Source: Callorhinchus milii
Taxonomy: Eukaryota
Length of the DNA: 64,000 nt
Direction: 5' to 3'
NCBI RefSeq assembly: GCF_018977255.1
Contig: NW_024704743.1
Span: 39,310,001-39,374,000 of the forward strand
The notes beneath the pieces were generated by a model. It searched no databases and was not told where the DNA came from. It was given only the letters and a program-made list of their open reading frames with translations. Both the position numbers and the translations under genes were made by a program. This document shows positions 38,011 to 50,480 of the stretch, piece after piece; positions within the stretch are counted from its first letter, which is position 1, and each line of letters begins with the position of its first letter.

Positions 38011-39935
38011 GTTTCTAATACTATATTTGGGTTGTGCTGCATAGATTGGTGCATTTTACATTATTGTGAAATATGTATTCTATTTTTTGTAGCTATTTAA
38101 ATAGCTGTATTCTATAGCTGTATTGTAGCTATTTAAATAGCTGTATACTTTTGCAAGTATATCAATTAGTTTTTTTGTTGTAGATTGATTCATTTCATAA
38201 AATTTGAGTCTTCTATTTCTCGTTCAGTCTTTATTCTACTGAATAAGACAGAACAATAAACTTATATTTTTTGGAAAGGAAGAATTGGGACTGAAAAATA
38301 GACCTATTGTCAATTAAAATAATGCTTTCTTCAGGCAAAAGCTTTGCAAAAGATTGTTTTAATAATAACACTAATCAAAGGTAAGTTTATTTTTATTGTG
38401 TTAATGTCCAGAAAAGAGAAGAGGCTAAACCGCATGTTTTCATAAGCGACTTGATGTGTTCTAACATAATTTACATTACTGCATTGTGCATTCATAAACA
38501 AAGATTTGTCTATCAAATAAGTTTTCATGAAGACTTTGCCATTTTAATAAATTGTTTGCATCTTGTCAGCACTGTATTGTCCAGAACTCTGAACTTTATG
38601 AAATTGTGAGTATTTCGGTTTGATTTATACATGCCCACATTCTCCATGTAGTCAGATTCCACTGATGTGGTAGGTTCTTATTGCATATTGCCAGAAAGAC
38701 AGAACATCAGATGAAATGTCACTCTAAACTGAATTTCTAGTTATAGATTCTAGTTACAGAGCAGCAATGGAATAGGTTTGGAGGCAGATCTCCTGCCCTC
38801 ACATAAGGAATAATCTAAGTCTCGGAATGACTTAAAAACGAGGAAATGGAAAACAAACCAAAATGAAACTTTCTCCCACTGGAAGGTTCGCTCGGGCTGT
38901 TGAAGATATACTGACTGTTTCTGAGAAAACAGAATGTGTTGATTCTTTCAAAAGCAAGATAGATTTACTTTAGGAAATAACATCTCTGGACACATAATAT
39001 AGTTTGGGACATGACATGTGCATGCGTCTGCTAGATTGGTGAAAGGAGAACAGGATCGACCTTGGTCTTTTTTGCCAAGCAATTCTTATATTCCTATGTC
39101 CCTCTCTATCCACATTGTATTCTGTAGACACCCAAACACACACCCTCCACAGAGCAAAATGTTTATGCTTTTAATACAGCCAAATCATATTTGCATTTTA
39201 TTTAAGCAGTTGGCGAATGCACAAGCACTTCATCCAAAATTAGCCCAAATGTGGATGGCTAACAATGCTGATTCCAAGCAAAATGATTCAGGAATTATGA
39301 ATTATGAGGGATTATGTGTGAAACAAAACAATAAAAAACAACATTCAGGAATTCTAGTTTTTTGAATCATTATTGAATTTGATATACAGCTACAATATGA
39401 AACAACACTACGAAGTGCTTTACAAAGGAATTGCTGTCACGTGTTGCTACTGCCTTTGTATGCAAACACATCTGCCAATTTACACAAAGCAATGCCCTAT
39501 AAACAACCATGAAGTGAACAGATCATCGATGGGATTTTGGCCAGGACATCTTTAACATCCACCTGAAGAAATAGTTGGGAATTCAAAGTATGGCACCTCT
39601 AACATTGGAGTGTCAACCTGGACTGTGAGCTTAAAGTCATGCTATGGGGTTTAAACCCACATGTCCAGACCCAGAAGCAATAATATCATCTGAGTCAAGT
39701 TAACTTATAGGCTGCGTTGTGATCTCCACTCTAACTATATGTCAGCTGTATTCAGTGAACTAGTTACTCGAAATCACTTCTAAACACAACTCTTAATGTG
39801 AAAGTTCTCAGATCACAGCAAAAACAATATTAAAAGATTAAAATTGTAGCAATAACAAATATGTACGGTCAGCCGTAGTGCATTCATAGGGAAGGATGAG
39901 TTTCTGCCACCAACCTGAATAAACAGGAGAACTAA

Positions 39936-40750
39936 AACAACAACAACTTGCACTTATATAGCACCCTTCACGGAGGGTAGCGTCTCAGAGCACTTAACAG
40001 TGGCGGAGCCTGCCTCCGAGCTGGGGGGAGGTGGCCGTAAGAACGGTCGAACAGGAAAGTTTTCAGGCAGGACTTGAAAGAGGGGAGAGAGGGGACAAGA
40101 CGGAGGCAGAGTGAGGGAGAGTGTTCCAGAGTTTTGGGGCGTAATGGCTGAAAGCACAACCTCCAATGGTGAGGCGGAGGGTGCGAGGGTGAGCAGGAGA
40201 CCAGTGCCAGTCGAGCGGAGGCTCCGGGTGGTGGATTGGGGAGTGCAGAGGTTGGAGAGGTAGGGAAGGGTCAGGAAGTGAATGGATTTTAACACGAGTG
40301 TGAGGATCTTGAAGTCGATCCGTTCAGTGATGGGGAGCCAGTGGAGCCTGGCCAGAACTGGTGAGATGTGAAAAAGGAGGTCCAGGTCAGTATGCGGAGA
40401 GCAAAGTTCTGAATGAGTTGGATCTTGTGAATGGTGGAGCTGGGGAGACCCGCGAGGAGTGTGGAGGAATCCAAGCAGGAGTTGACAAACGCATGGACGA
40501 GGGTTTCGGCTACGTTTGGAGTAAGGTACGGTCGGAGGTGGGCAATGTGGTGGAGGTTGGAGAAGGTGGTTCTGGTCAGGGACCAGATGTGGGGGAGGAA
40601 GGACAGCTCGAACTGGATGCCTAGGTTGCGCACTGTTTCGGTGAGTCTGAGGGAGAGCCCAGAGAGGTTGAGGAGTTTAGATAGAAGCTGATAGAACATT
40701 GGTGGACCTAGAGCTGGTACTGGAGGAGGCAAAGTAGATTTGTGTGTCAA
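39936..40750 (-). mobile_element. L2 LINE, 5'-truncated (third subfamily)
   Basis: NLGIQF, AETLVHAFV, IQLIQN and FKSCLKTFLF; (AAC)n tail. Confidence 0.95.
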
Positions 40751-40994
40751 ATCAGGACATGGAACTCATATAATCTAGGCTAACCCTCCAATGCAGTCGT
40801 GGAGGTGTACTACATTATCAGAGGTGCTATATTTTGGATGAGGTTCCATCTGCCTGTGACGTTCTTTGAGACATCCTCCTGATGTGAAATAAAGGATTAT
40901 TTTTATTATTATTATTATTGAAGAAATGCCACTCTTCCCTAAAACTAAAGCAATATTCTAGCATGAAGACAAAATTAACTACCATTGTAGTCAC

Positions 40995-41260
40995 AGAGGT
41001 ACACAATTATGAGGGGTTGTGAAAGGATGAATAGGAAGAATCTATTCCCACTGGTAGAGGGATCAGTGACAATACAGATATCATCACAGGTTAGGAGGGG
41101 TCAGGAGATGTTATTCACACAGAGTTGTTGGGATGTGGAATGCCCTGCCAAGTAAGATGGTAGAGGAAGAGTCCATTGTGGATTTCAAGAGAGAAGCAGA
41201 CAGGTATATGAAAGTTAGAAGCTTGAAGGGGTATGAGGATAGGGCAGGGCAGTGAAATTT
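40995..41260 (+). mobile_element. CR1 3' ORF2 fragment
   Basis: gaggtacacaattatgagggg...ttcacacagagttgttgggatgtggaatgccctgcc. Confidence 0.8.
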
Positions 41261-41501
41261 GAAACAACTTTCTCTGAGATCAAATGCCTCTGAGATCAAA
41301 TTCCAAACATTGGGTAGAAACATCACTTAATTCAATGCAAAATTATACAGATCAAGAAGTCTCAGATCTATCCTGAGGTTATTAATCTTGGTTAAGGAAG
41401 CAGTAGGCACTACAATAACCTCAGTGTTCATGGAGAAGGTAGGGAGAGAATCACCCAGTGTTCCTAATCCTGATCATTGTGCAATGACAAGAGAATAACA
41501 T

Positions 41502-41687
41502 AAATAGCAAAATACTGCAGATGCCGGAAATCGGAAACAAAAACAGAAGTCGCTGGGAACACTCAGCAGGTCAGGCAGCATCTATGGAGAAAAGAAAGTG
41601 AGTCAATGTTTCGGGTCCACGACCCTTCGTCAGAACTGGGGCATGTTAGTAGTGAGAGGCTTTTGAGGGCTAACAGAGAGGGGGAAT
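41502..41687 (-). mobile_element. Penelope-type non-autonomous element with 12-bp TSD and hammerhead-like motif
   Basis: TSD AGAGAATAACAT at 41490-41501 and 41688-41699; minus strand agttCTGACGAagggtcgtggacccGAAACattgact at 41601-41637. Confidence 0.8.
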
Positions 41688-43449
41688 AGAGAATAACATG
41701 TTGATTTTCTTTTTACTGATTTCAGTACAGCGCGCTAAGAGGACAATAACAACAACTTGCATTTATATAGAGCCCTTCATGTGTGGTAAAATCTTGGAGA
41801 GCTTAAAGTGAAACTCATCCTCCATAAATTGAATCATAATTTTCAATCTATATGTAATTTACGTAAGGGTAGTAGGGAAGACTGTTCAAAAGAAAACAGC
41901 TGGCACTTAGGATGCCTGAAATCTGAAACTACTCTTTTAAGAAGTGTATGAGGTTGCATGTATAGAGTGAAAGCCTGTTACAATAACAACATGGGTACTA
42001 TGGATGGGTGTTAGCTCCCCAAGGGAGATTACCTCATACAGATCTTCCATGGAAAAATGCCCAGATTTATTTGGAAATAAAAATCAATGCCCCATGAGAA
42101 TAGTAGGAGGGGAGGGGTAACCTGGATATGTGATAATTATCACATGGTAAATACTGATAGTTATCCCAAGATACAGAATTTGCAGTTGTTATTGTTCAGT
42201 AATTAACTTCAATGTTTTAGTTCTAGATTTTTTAGCTAGCACTCTATCTGGTAAAGAAGTGAAAATTTCCATGCTCAATCCAAGTCCTAATTTACACATT
42301 TTTTTTCAGATTTTTGGCCTCTGAACTGAATAGCCAGCGTGTTAAATTTGCACAAGTGATAAATTATGGATACTGAGGGATGATTTCCATCTTCTGTAAA
42401 GTTAGCAAATGACAGGGAATCAATCACATTTGCCTGTCAATGTCAAGAGAATTTACTGGCATTCGGAGAATCATACCTCAATTGTCAAACCCACTACTGG
42501 TTATTTTGGGGGAATTTCAAATGCTCATTAAATGTTCACCAACAAACTATAATGCTCAAATATTGATAACCTCCCCTCACGCTTCAGTTTATATCATAAA
42601 CTGTTTCCCAATATCAATCTGACAGCTACTTTTTTTAAATCACCCAATTCCAAAATCATAAAAGCATAGATAGTAATTTTAATCTTAGGTAGGATGCTCA
42701 TGATTTAAATATGAAACTGATTTGTGCATGGAATGCGCTATATAAGTGCAAGTTATTGTTGTTGATTTCACACATATTGTAGCATCGCAACATTTTCTCC
42801 CTATCATGATTCCAACAAATTATTTTACACAGATAATTTTACTTGTCACAGAGGTATTAGAAGTCTGAATTGAAATATGAGGAACTGCTGTAATTGACTT
42901 CATTAAGAATAACTTAGTTAAATTCACTGAAAAGGAACTCAAGAAACTGATTTTTCCTCAGTAACAAACCTCATGCCGCAATTTACTTTCTAAAATATAC
43001 TGAAAACTATTGTGCTAATGAACACCTAGAGCTAAGAGATAACTGTGTTGCCCAGGTTTAATTGATGGAATTCTCATTACTGTAAAATATTCTGTGCAGT
43101 GTTCTACCCAGATACCAGCAAGGAAAGGTATTAAGCATAATTGTACTGCATTCAATTATGCCTATTGAATATTTAGAAGTTAATTTGCCTGCATTGCATT
43201 CAATGTATTTCGATTGTTGGGACTCTATTAGCAATCTTTAAATTAAAATAGATTTATTTTTGTGAAAAGGTTGACTACATTTTGTTGAAAAAGCTGAATA
43301 TCATGATAATGAACTTCATTTACGAATGAATTCACTTCCAACTCTTACATTAGTATGACATCCTACCACCAATCAAAATTCACAAGGTGAGACTACACGT
43401 TAAATTTTAGTCTGCTGCCATGGAATGACTCGACTCCCTGGGTTTTTAT

Positions 43450-43715
43450 GATCTTTCAGATGAGATGTTTAAACAAGGGGCCTGTTTAGGGGGAATGTAC
43501 AATTGAAGGGAGTTGCTTCCATTGCCCTGGCCAATAATCCTCTAAATATTATTAGTCATTCACTCCATGGTTGTTCGTGGGACATTACTATGTGCAAATT
43601 GATTATTGCTTTCACCCACAAAATACAGATTCACTGCACTTCACAGTATATTATGTGAAGCTGGTTGAGATGTCTAGGTGATGTGATAAGATGCTATGCC
43701 AATTGCAGGTATTCG
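43450..43715 (+). mobile_element. Deu SINE fragment
   Basis: tttcagatgagatgtttaaac...ctggccaataatcc...gtgggacatt. Confidence 0.8.
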
Positions 43716-44974
43716 ACAAAACTAACAACAAAATTACATTTATATAACGCCTTTTATGTCAGAAGGATGTACCAAGGCACTGGAAGTATTATTCATATCT
43801 TTAAAAGATGATTTGCCTATTTCACTGGGCATGAAATCACGGGATTATGAGGTTGTTCAAATTCATCACTGTCCAGTTTTTTGAAATGGCAACAACCTAA
43901 ATGGATGTCATAAAAAACAAGTGAAACTGATTGGTCATTGGTCCTTCTGCAGAGTGCTTAATAGAATTTATTTGCAGGAATCGCTGTGGTCGGCAGCCAT
44001 CTGTGTTCAGCAATATTTAAACATTGAGTACAACTCATTCCATCGTCAGCCTCCCTTTAGACTTCAAAAATCTAAGTGCTCCTAGCTGGCTCTGCTTCCT
44101 ATTTGGATTGTAGGGTGGAAGGATGTGGATGGAGGGGAATATTTCCTCCTTTGGATTTCAGAAAAGGAATCAGACAAGCTCCTGGAACTTAAATGGAATC
44201 CTGAAATTAGACGAAAAGATAAATGCATCAAAGGAATCTTTTGAACATTTGGATGGGTAGGCTAGACATAACAATGTATCACTCCTGCCAAAAACTGAAG
44301 CAACGCTATTATCTTGACACCTGTAGAACATCCTTCCTTATAATGCTAGGCTTAATCTGGCTCACAGAAGCATTCATGGTTTCTCTGCGTCATTGGATCC
44401 AGGTAGAATTCCATTCCTTGGTACAGCAGTTTTCACCTTTAAGATTGGTTCAATTATGAGGAGTTATACTCTGCCTGCAATTTCTGCATGTAGTTCCCTT
44501 CGGGAACTTCAAGAATCTGCTCTGCTTAAAATTAGATTCAAGCGCCGCAGAGATTTTCAACAGACCTTAACAGCATCTAACAATAGCTGGAAACAAGAAA
44601 AATCTCTGATAATAAAGCTCATAAACAAGTTCTTTACTTGGTGCATTCTGCAAAAAGTTTTATGACAAAATAAATCAAGTCTATTGTTTTCAAAAGACAA
44701 CAAGGTTTTATGTTCTACTGACTGCTCAGTTATTAAAAGCATGAATCAGACGAGAAGCGTACTTTGTTTGATCCAAAATCTGTGCTCAAGTAGTTAATTT
44801 CAGTCAGAACAACAATAGGGAACAAGGAAAGAAACAAAACATGGAAAAAGAAGAGGTCACTGGGGGTCACCATTAAACCTGCTTTTTGTTTCCACACCTG
44901 CCATCAGCTTACCCCATCATGGGGATTCATACCATCATTCCAATGCACTTGTATCAATAATAATTGATAAATAC

Positions 44975-45360
44975 ATAATCATCCTTACATTGACATCTCA
45001 AAGTACTTCACAATATATACCATAAAGTCTTGTGACAGTATTTTGTTGGCAAACATGGAGGCTAACTTGCACACAGCAATGTTCCACAAACAGCCATGAA
45101 GTAAATGTCCAGTTTTATTTAGAGAATTATTGGCCAGAACCTCGCAAGAAACTCCTTTTCCTTTTTGAATAGTGTCATGGGACCTTTACCATCATCCTGA
45201 ACAGACACACAGGACCTCAGTTTACGTCACTCCAATAATGCAGCTCACTCCCAGCACTACATAGGAGTGTCAAACTATATGTGTTTAGAGTCCTGATGTG
45301 GGGCTTGAACACAAAACCTTTGGAATTGGAGGTGAGAGCGCTACCAACCGAGCCAGACAA
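44975..45360 (-). mobile_element. Deu-domain SINE
   Basis: Deu core plus head gggcttgaac...gagagcgctaccaaccgagcca. Confidence 0.88.
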
Positions 45361-45534
45361 ACACCATCCCCTTCAATCAACTGGAACTGCCCCTCTTGAC
45401 TTCCTGTTACATCCTAAACAAAAGTGTTGGCTAGAAGATGAACTCCAAAGGTAATTAAATGAAAACTCCAGACTACATCGATTCCCACATCTACAAAATT
45501 AACCCTGATCTCCTTTCTTCCTCAAACAATAAGA

Positions 45535-46250
45535 TAATAATAATCCTTATATTTGATAAACTACAACAAATTGCATTTATATAGTGCCCTTCACGCGGGG
45601 TCCCGGAGCACTTGATAAAATGCCTTATGTAGTCGAGATGTCTTAAAACATTTTGCAGAATATACTGTAAAGCAAATTGACTGAATATTTTGTGGGCGAA
45701 ACACAGCAGCCAATTGCATACAGCAGTGTCCCACACACAGTCTTGTAAATTGAGTGACCAAAGTTTTTTTTGAGGGATTATTTTACCCCCAGTTGACTAT
45801 TGACTACCAATCAAGTTCATACTTACTGCTAGGTAAACAGAGAAGTGTGGAGTAAGGAAACTTGCCGAATAATAATAATCCTTGCATCCTTATCAAATCT
45901 TCGAGATATCTCAAAGCAATTCATGGAATATACTGTAAAGTGAATTAACTTTACAGTACGTATTTTCTGAGTGAAACGCAGCACATAGCACAATGGCTCA
46001 TAGCAATTCCCCACAAACAGTCATAGATTGAGAGACAAAATTATTATTTTTTTTTAAAATTTTTTGGAGGGATTATTAAACCCGGAAAAGTAATTCCCCA
46101 ATCAAGTAACAACCGGGTTCCTACTTACTACTAGGTGAACAGAGGCATGTGGAGTAAGGAAACTTGCCCAACGTTCCGCCCTGCTCAGGAATCAAACCCA
46201 GGTCCTCTTGCTTGCGAGGTGAGTGCTCTAACCAATAAGCTAGAGGACTC
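45535..46250 (-). mobile_element. Two tandem tRNA-Ala SINEs (about 45535-45866 headless, about 45868-46250 full), with a 51-bp L2 tip nested in the first
   Basis: Repeated cctacttactactaggtgaacagaggcatgtggagtaaggaaacttgcc-type block; head at 46200-46250. Confidence 0.9.
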
Positions 46251-46937
46251 CAACACCCTACTCATTTGTTCACACCTGCACAGCTATCTATCCCTACCTG
46301 TATATGTCAAGAGCATATGTTCTTTCACTAGTTCTACTCAATTTTTATTTATTTTGTCGAATTCAGACATCTCGCAACCCTAACCCTAACCCCATTTATA
46401 CTCGTGCTTTGATGAATCGTTCAACTGATTTTCCATAAACTTTGCATGTTTATGGAAATAGTGGGGAAAAACTGCTGAGTGGATGTCAATAGAGTCCATT
46501 GCTGACTGCATTTGTTAAAACCAAATTTCACTCTACGCAGTGTTGCACTCGAACAGGTCAAATAGTATTAGTCCTGATATAAGCAAGCAAACTATCACAA
46601 AGAAACCTTTTTATAACAAGAAGAGAATTGACTGTTTATTCATAATCACTTTGATAAACACTTCTTCAAACCACTGAGCCAATTATTGGAACAAATGGCT
46701 TTTTTTTCTAATCTTCTTTCAGTGTATACCTTGCCTTTGCATTGTTAAAGCTATGCTAAAATTGGAAACTGCTATCAACACTGTACAAAAATAATCTATT
46801 ACTCCACTGTTGTATATTTACATAAATTGACCTTCAGATGGAAAATCATCATATCTTTCCTTACCTACTGACAACCAGGTATGATCTTACAAAAAAATAT
46901 ATGCTTGTTAATTTAGGTTAGTATATATACAAGGTGT

Positions 46938-47165
46938 GAAATTACATCTAGTCTTAGCCTATTAAGACCATTTTGTTATAACATTTATGATCACACAGAA
47001 TTGTGGAACATTCTTAACTTCAATCAATAGAAAGGCTGTTTTTCTATAGATCTGAAAAAGGAACAGCTTCCAAATTTAAAGTGAATTACATTTTTTTCAA
47101 AATTTGTGTGTGACCTTAAATTTTAAGGTAAAATGGTGTTTACAGCCTAAGACTAGATGGAATTC
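46938..47165. repeat. Degenerate palindrome of about 230 bp (MITE/Eulor-like)
   Basis: catctagtcttag...accatttt...tcacacagaatt versus aatttgtgtgtga...aaaatggt...ctaagactagatg. Confidence 0.8.
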
Positions 47166-47694
47166 TAGATCTAAAGTGCTTCATTGAGGTGACAAATTTG
47201 ACAAGTTCTACCTATTTTTAATTAAATGTCTTAATTTTGTACTAGTAGTAAACCAAGTAGCTAATTCTTGAAAATGACAGCATTTCCATTCAGGCCTTAG
47301 TGAAGGAGCCTACTGGCATATAATAAGCTAAAGTACCTTACAACCTTTAATCAGAGTATCGCTTTCTGTTAATTTGATACAGAATTGTATGGCATTATTA
47401 TACATAACAGTCAAAGCAGATTCAAGAGGATAGCATTATGGGGTATTAATTTTTACTACCAAGAATAATCTATTATAGCATTATTGATTAATAAAGAGGG
47501 AATAAACTATTTGGATATCTTCCAACTATTAAACTTGTTTTGACAATTCATTTGCATCGCGTGACTTCCCTATGAAGTAGACTGGTGGCAGTTTGTTCTA
47601 CATTTCCATTGTGATATTGAACTTTCTCAAAATGTCATTGTGGTTTCATTGCAACTGATAGAGCCAAGTAGCTGAGTGGATCATCAGAGCTGAG

Positions 47695-47840
47695 AAGGTT
47701 GGGTGGAGAGTGGATTGATAGAAACCTTTAAGAATAATAAAGGTAATGATAGGATAAAGAGTAATGGATGAATTCCACTGGTTATCAGGTCAGGAACAAG
47801 AGCACAAATTTAAGATAATTGCAAAAGCAATTAAAGGGGT
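47695..47840 (+). mobile_element. Old CR1 fragment
   Basis: gagtggattgatagaaacctttaagaataataaagg...acaagagcacaaatttaagataattgcaaaag. Confidence 0.7.
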
Positions 47841-50369
47841 GGGGTGGGGGGGGGGTGTAGAAAACAGTTATCGCTCAAAACAATGAAAACATCAAATGGC
47901 AAAACTAATGTGTAACTGGTGCCTCATGCCAGAATAATTGTCTTGCACCACAAACTCTAATTTTTGCTTTGAGCCACCTCCCCCCTCTCCTCCCCATATG
48001 TCAAGCTGATTCATGCCCCAAATAACCAGCCTCGGATGAAAGGGTGGAATGGGACCCCTGTATACAAATTTCACTATAATGTATTTAAACACGATGGTAT
48101 ATATTAACTTGCTTTCCGCTTAATGCAAGTTGCTGTTAGGCACCATGCTAATCCACCCATTTAGTCTCCTCATTACATTGTCACTCAGCATACCTTTTTG
48201 GAAAAAAATTAAACAAGATCAGACTATATTTTGTGCGTACGAATGAAAACAACTGTTATCATTTGTCCTTCAACACCATCTAACATGCTCCATTTCAGCC
48301 ACCTGCTCCATCCGCTCCACATCTTAAACATCCCCAAGGGAGTCTCAGCATCTGCTTGGTCTAGTTTGTTTCCACGGTAACCCTTTTGCCTCTCATTTAT
48401 TGTATGATTTAGGCAGTTCTTTACAGCTCATCGGAGATTGACCATTGGAATATGCAAGAACTCTTGTCTGCCAGAGCTCATAGGATAACAGCACCCAGTA
48501 GATGTGTCGAGCGGACCAATTCTGCGTATACCAGATTACATATTTTTTTCATCCAGTGTCTTTTTAAATTGTTAAATGGTAGTCGTGAAGACTCCACGGG
48601 AAAATAGGCTCCATTTAAATAAGTTGGGGTAGAACCTGAAAAGCTTTACTGGAATCAGTCCTTTCTTGAATTGGCAATATGGCATTTTATGTTGAAGGTA
48701 TTTTAAAACATTATGGAGAATGTAAAGATATACCAGAACATCTGCATTGAAAATAAGAGGCTTGGAACACAGTACAATTATCAGAATAATACATAATAGT
48801 CGCACATCTTCCTCATAGGGTTATTCAGGCTACAACATCAACAACCACTTGTATTTATATAGCACAATTTACACTTCACATGGGAGAGCATCTCAGAGCA
48901 AGTACAATGACAGGATTGGAAACCGAGCAAGAGAAAATGGGGAGGCACAGTCGATATAATAGCTATTTTAGGTTCTGTGTGTCTTGTAATTCAGGTGAAT
49001 TTCAACCCTGCCACTGTTATTCCACAAACATGTGCAGTCTTTGTTTAGGACATTTTGGTTTATATTCTACTCCTGATTCAAATTTACTCTGCAATTCAAC
49101 CTAATTGGCTACACATCTAGTTGTTTATGGGATGTTGAAATATGGGGTTGAACAGTTGTTGAGTTTGCTCATGGAAGAACATTTGTTTTATTTCAAATCA
49201 ATTATATTTTGCATTTATTTCTCTGTAAAAACTACTATATAAATACCAATTACTATTATTCACCTACAAAATACAGAGTTACTACACTTTACAGTATCAT
49301 GTCTCTTTGAGACATCCTAATGTGAAAAATGCTGTATCAGATGTAAGGATTATTATTTTAGAAAATCAAGTCCATTTTGCTGGTATGCTGAATAATATTA
49401 GACAATGGTAAAATTTGAGTTTTGAAAGGTTGGTCCTCCATTTGTGACCTCCACAATACTTAACTGACACTAGTAATGCATTATGAAATGTTGAGAATTG
49501 TGGTCCCATTTTATTTTTAAAAGGAGAAATGTTTCTACTTTTCGATTGGTTTAGTTTGGTACTGGTTGCAATAATAACATTTGAGCTCATGTTTTTTTAA
49601 AAGAAGGTAATGCAAACAATCACATTGCTCTACAGTTTTGTACACAGTGATGATGTGGGTGGTGAAAATCCATGACATCAACACAAATACCACTAAATAT
49701 GTTGGTGGTCTTGAATTCCCCTAGAAAATACTTTGAATCATTGATGTCTGTGTTTACATATACTGTCATGTGTATATTCTAGATAAAAATAACAATATTA
49801 ATAATAATAATTCCTACATTTGATGTAACATATGCACATCAGGAAGTGTCTCAAAATGCTTTGCAGGATACACTGTAAAATGTAGTGTCTTTGTATTTTG
49901 CAGATGAAAGATGCTGTAATACTATGGTGATTATCATGGGAACTTTACATTGTTTTTTTAAAATTATTTTAGCTGTATTCTTCACTTTGCAGCAGTTTGT
50001 TGTGATCAGCTGGGTGTCTGACCGAAGAGCAGTGAAGTTAGGTTCAGACGGAAATTCTCAAACCACGTTCAGTTTGGAAATTGGACACTGTAGGTACAAA
50101 TTCCTTGTTCCAGATTTCAATGCAGAAGAATGTGTATGAATCAATACGGCTCAGTAAGAAAACTGTAAAAGCAAAACCAAATTGCCAAACATAATCTTGG
50201 CATTAACATTCCTATTGGGTTAAGGCAAGAATGTTAATGCTACTTTCAGGCACTCAACAAGATTACTTTTATATAAAAAATCCCTTAAATAATAACATGT
50301 TAAATGCCATTATGGAAAAAAGTATCTAAAATGTAAGTACAGTATAAATACCAGTCTCAATTACGGCCA

Positions 50370-50480
50370 CCCCCCCCCCACCCACCCCCAGCTCGGAGAC
50401 AGGCTTCACTAATGTTAAGTGCTCTGAGATACTACCCTGTGTGGAGGGTGCTATATAAGTACAAGTTGTTGTGTTGTTAT
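50370..50480 (+). mobile_element. L2 3' tip
   Basis: cccagctcggagacaggc...gtgctctgagatactaccc...ctatataagtacaagttgttg. Confidence 0.85.
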
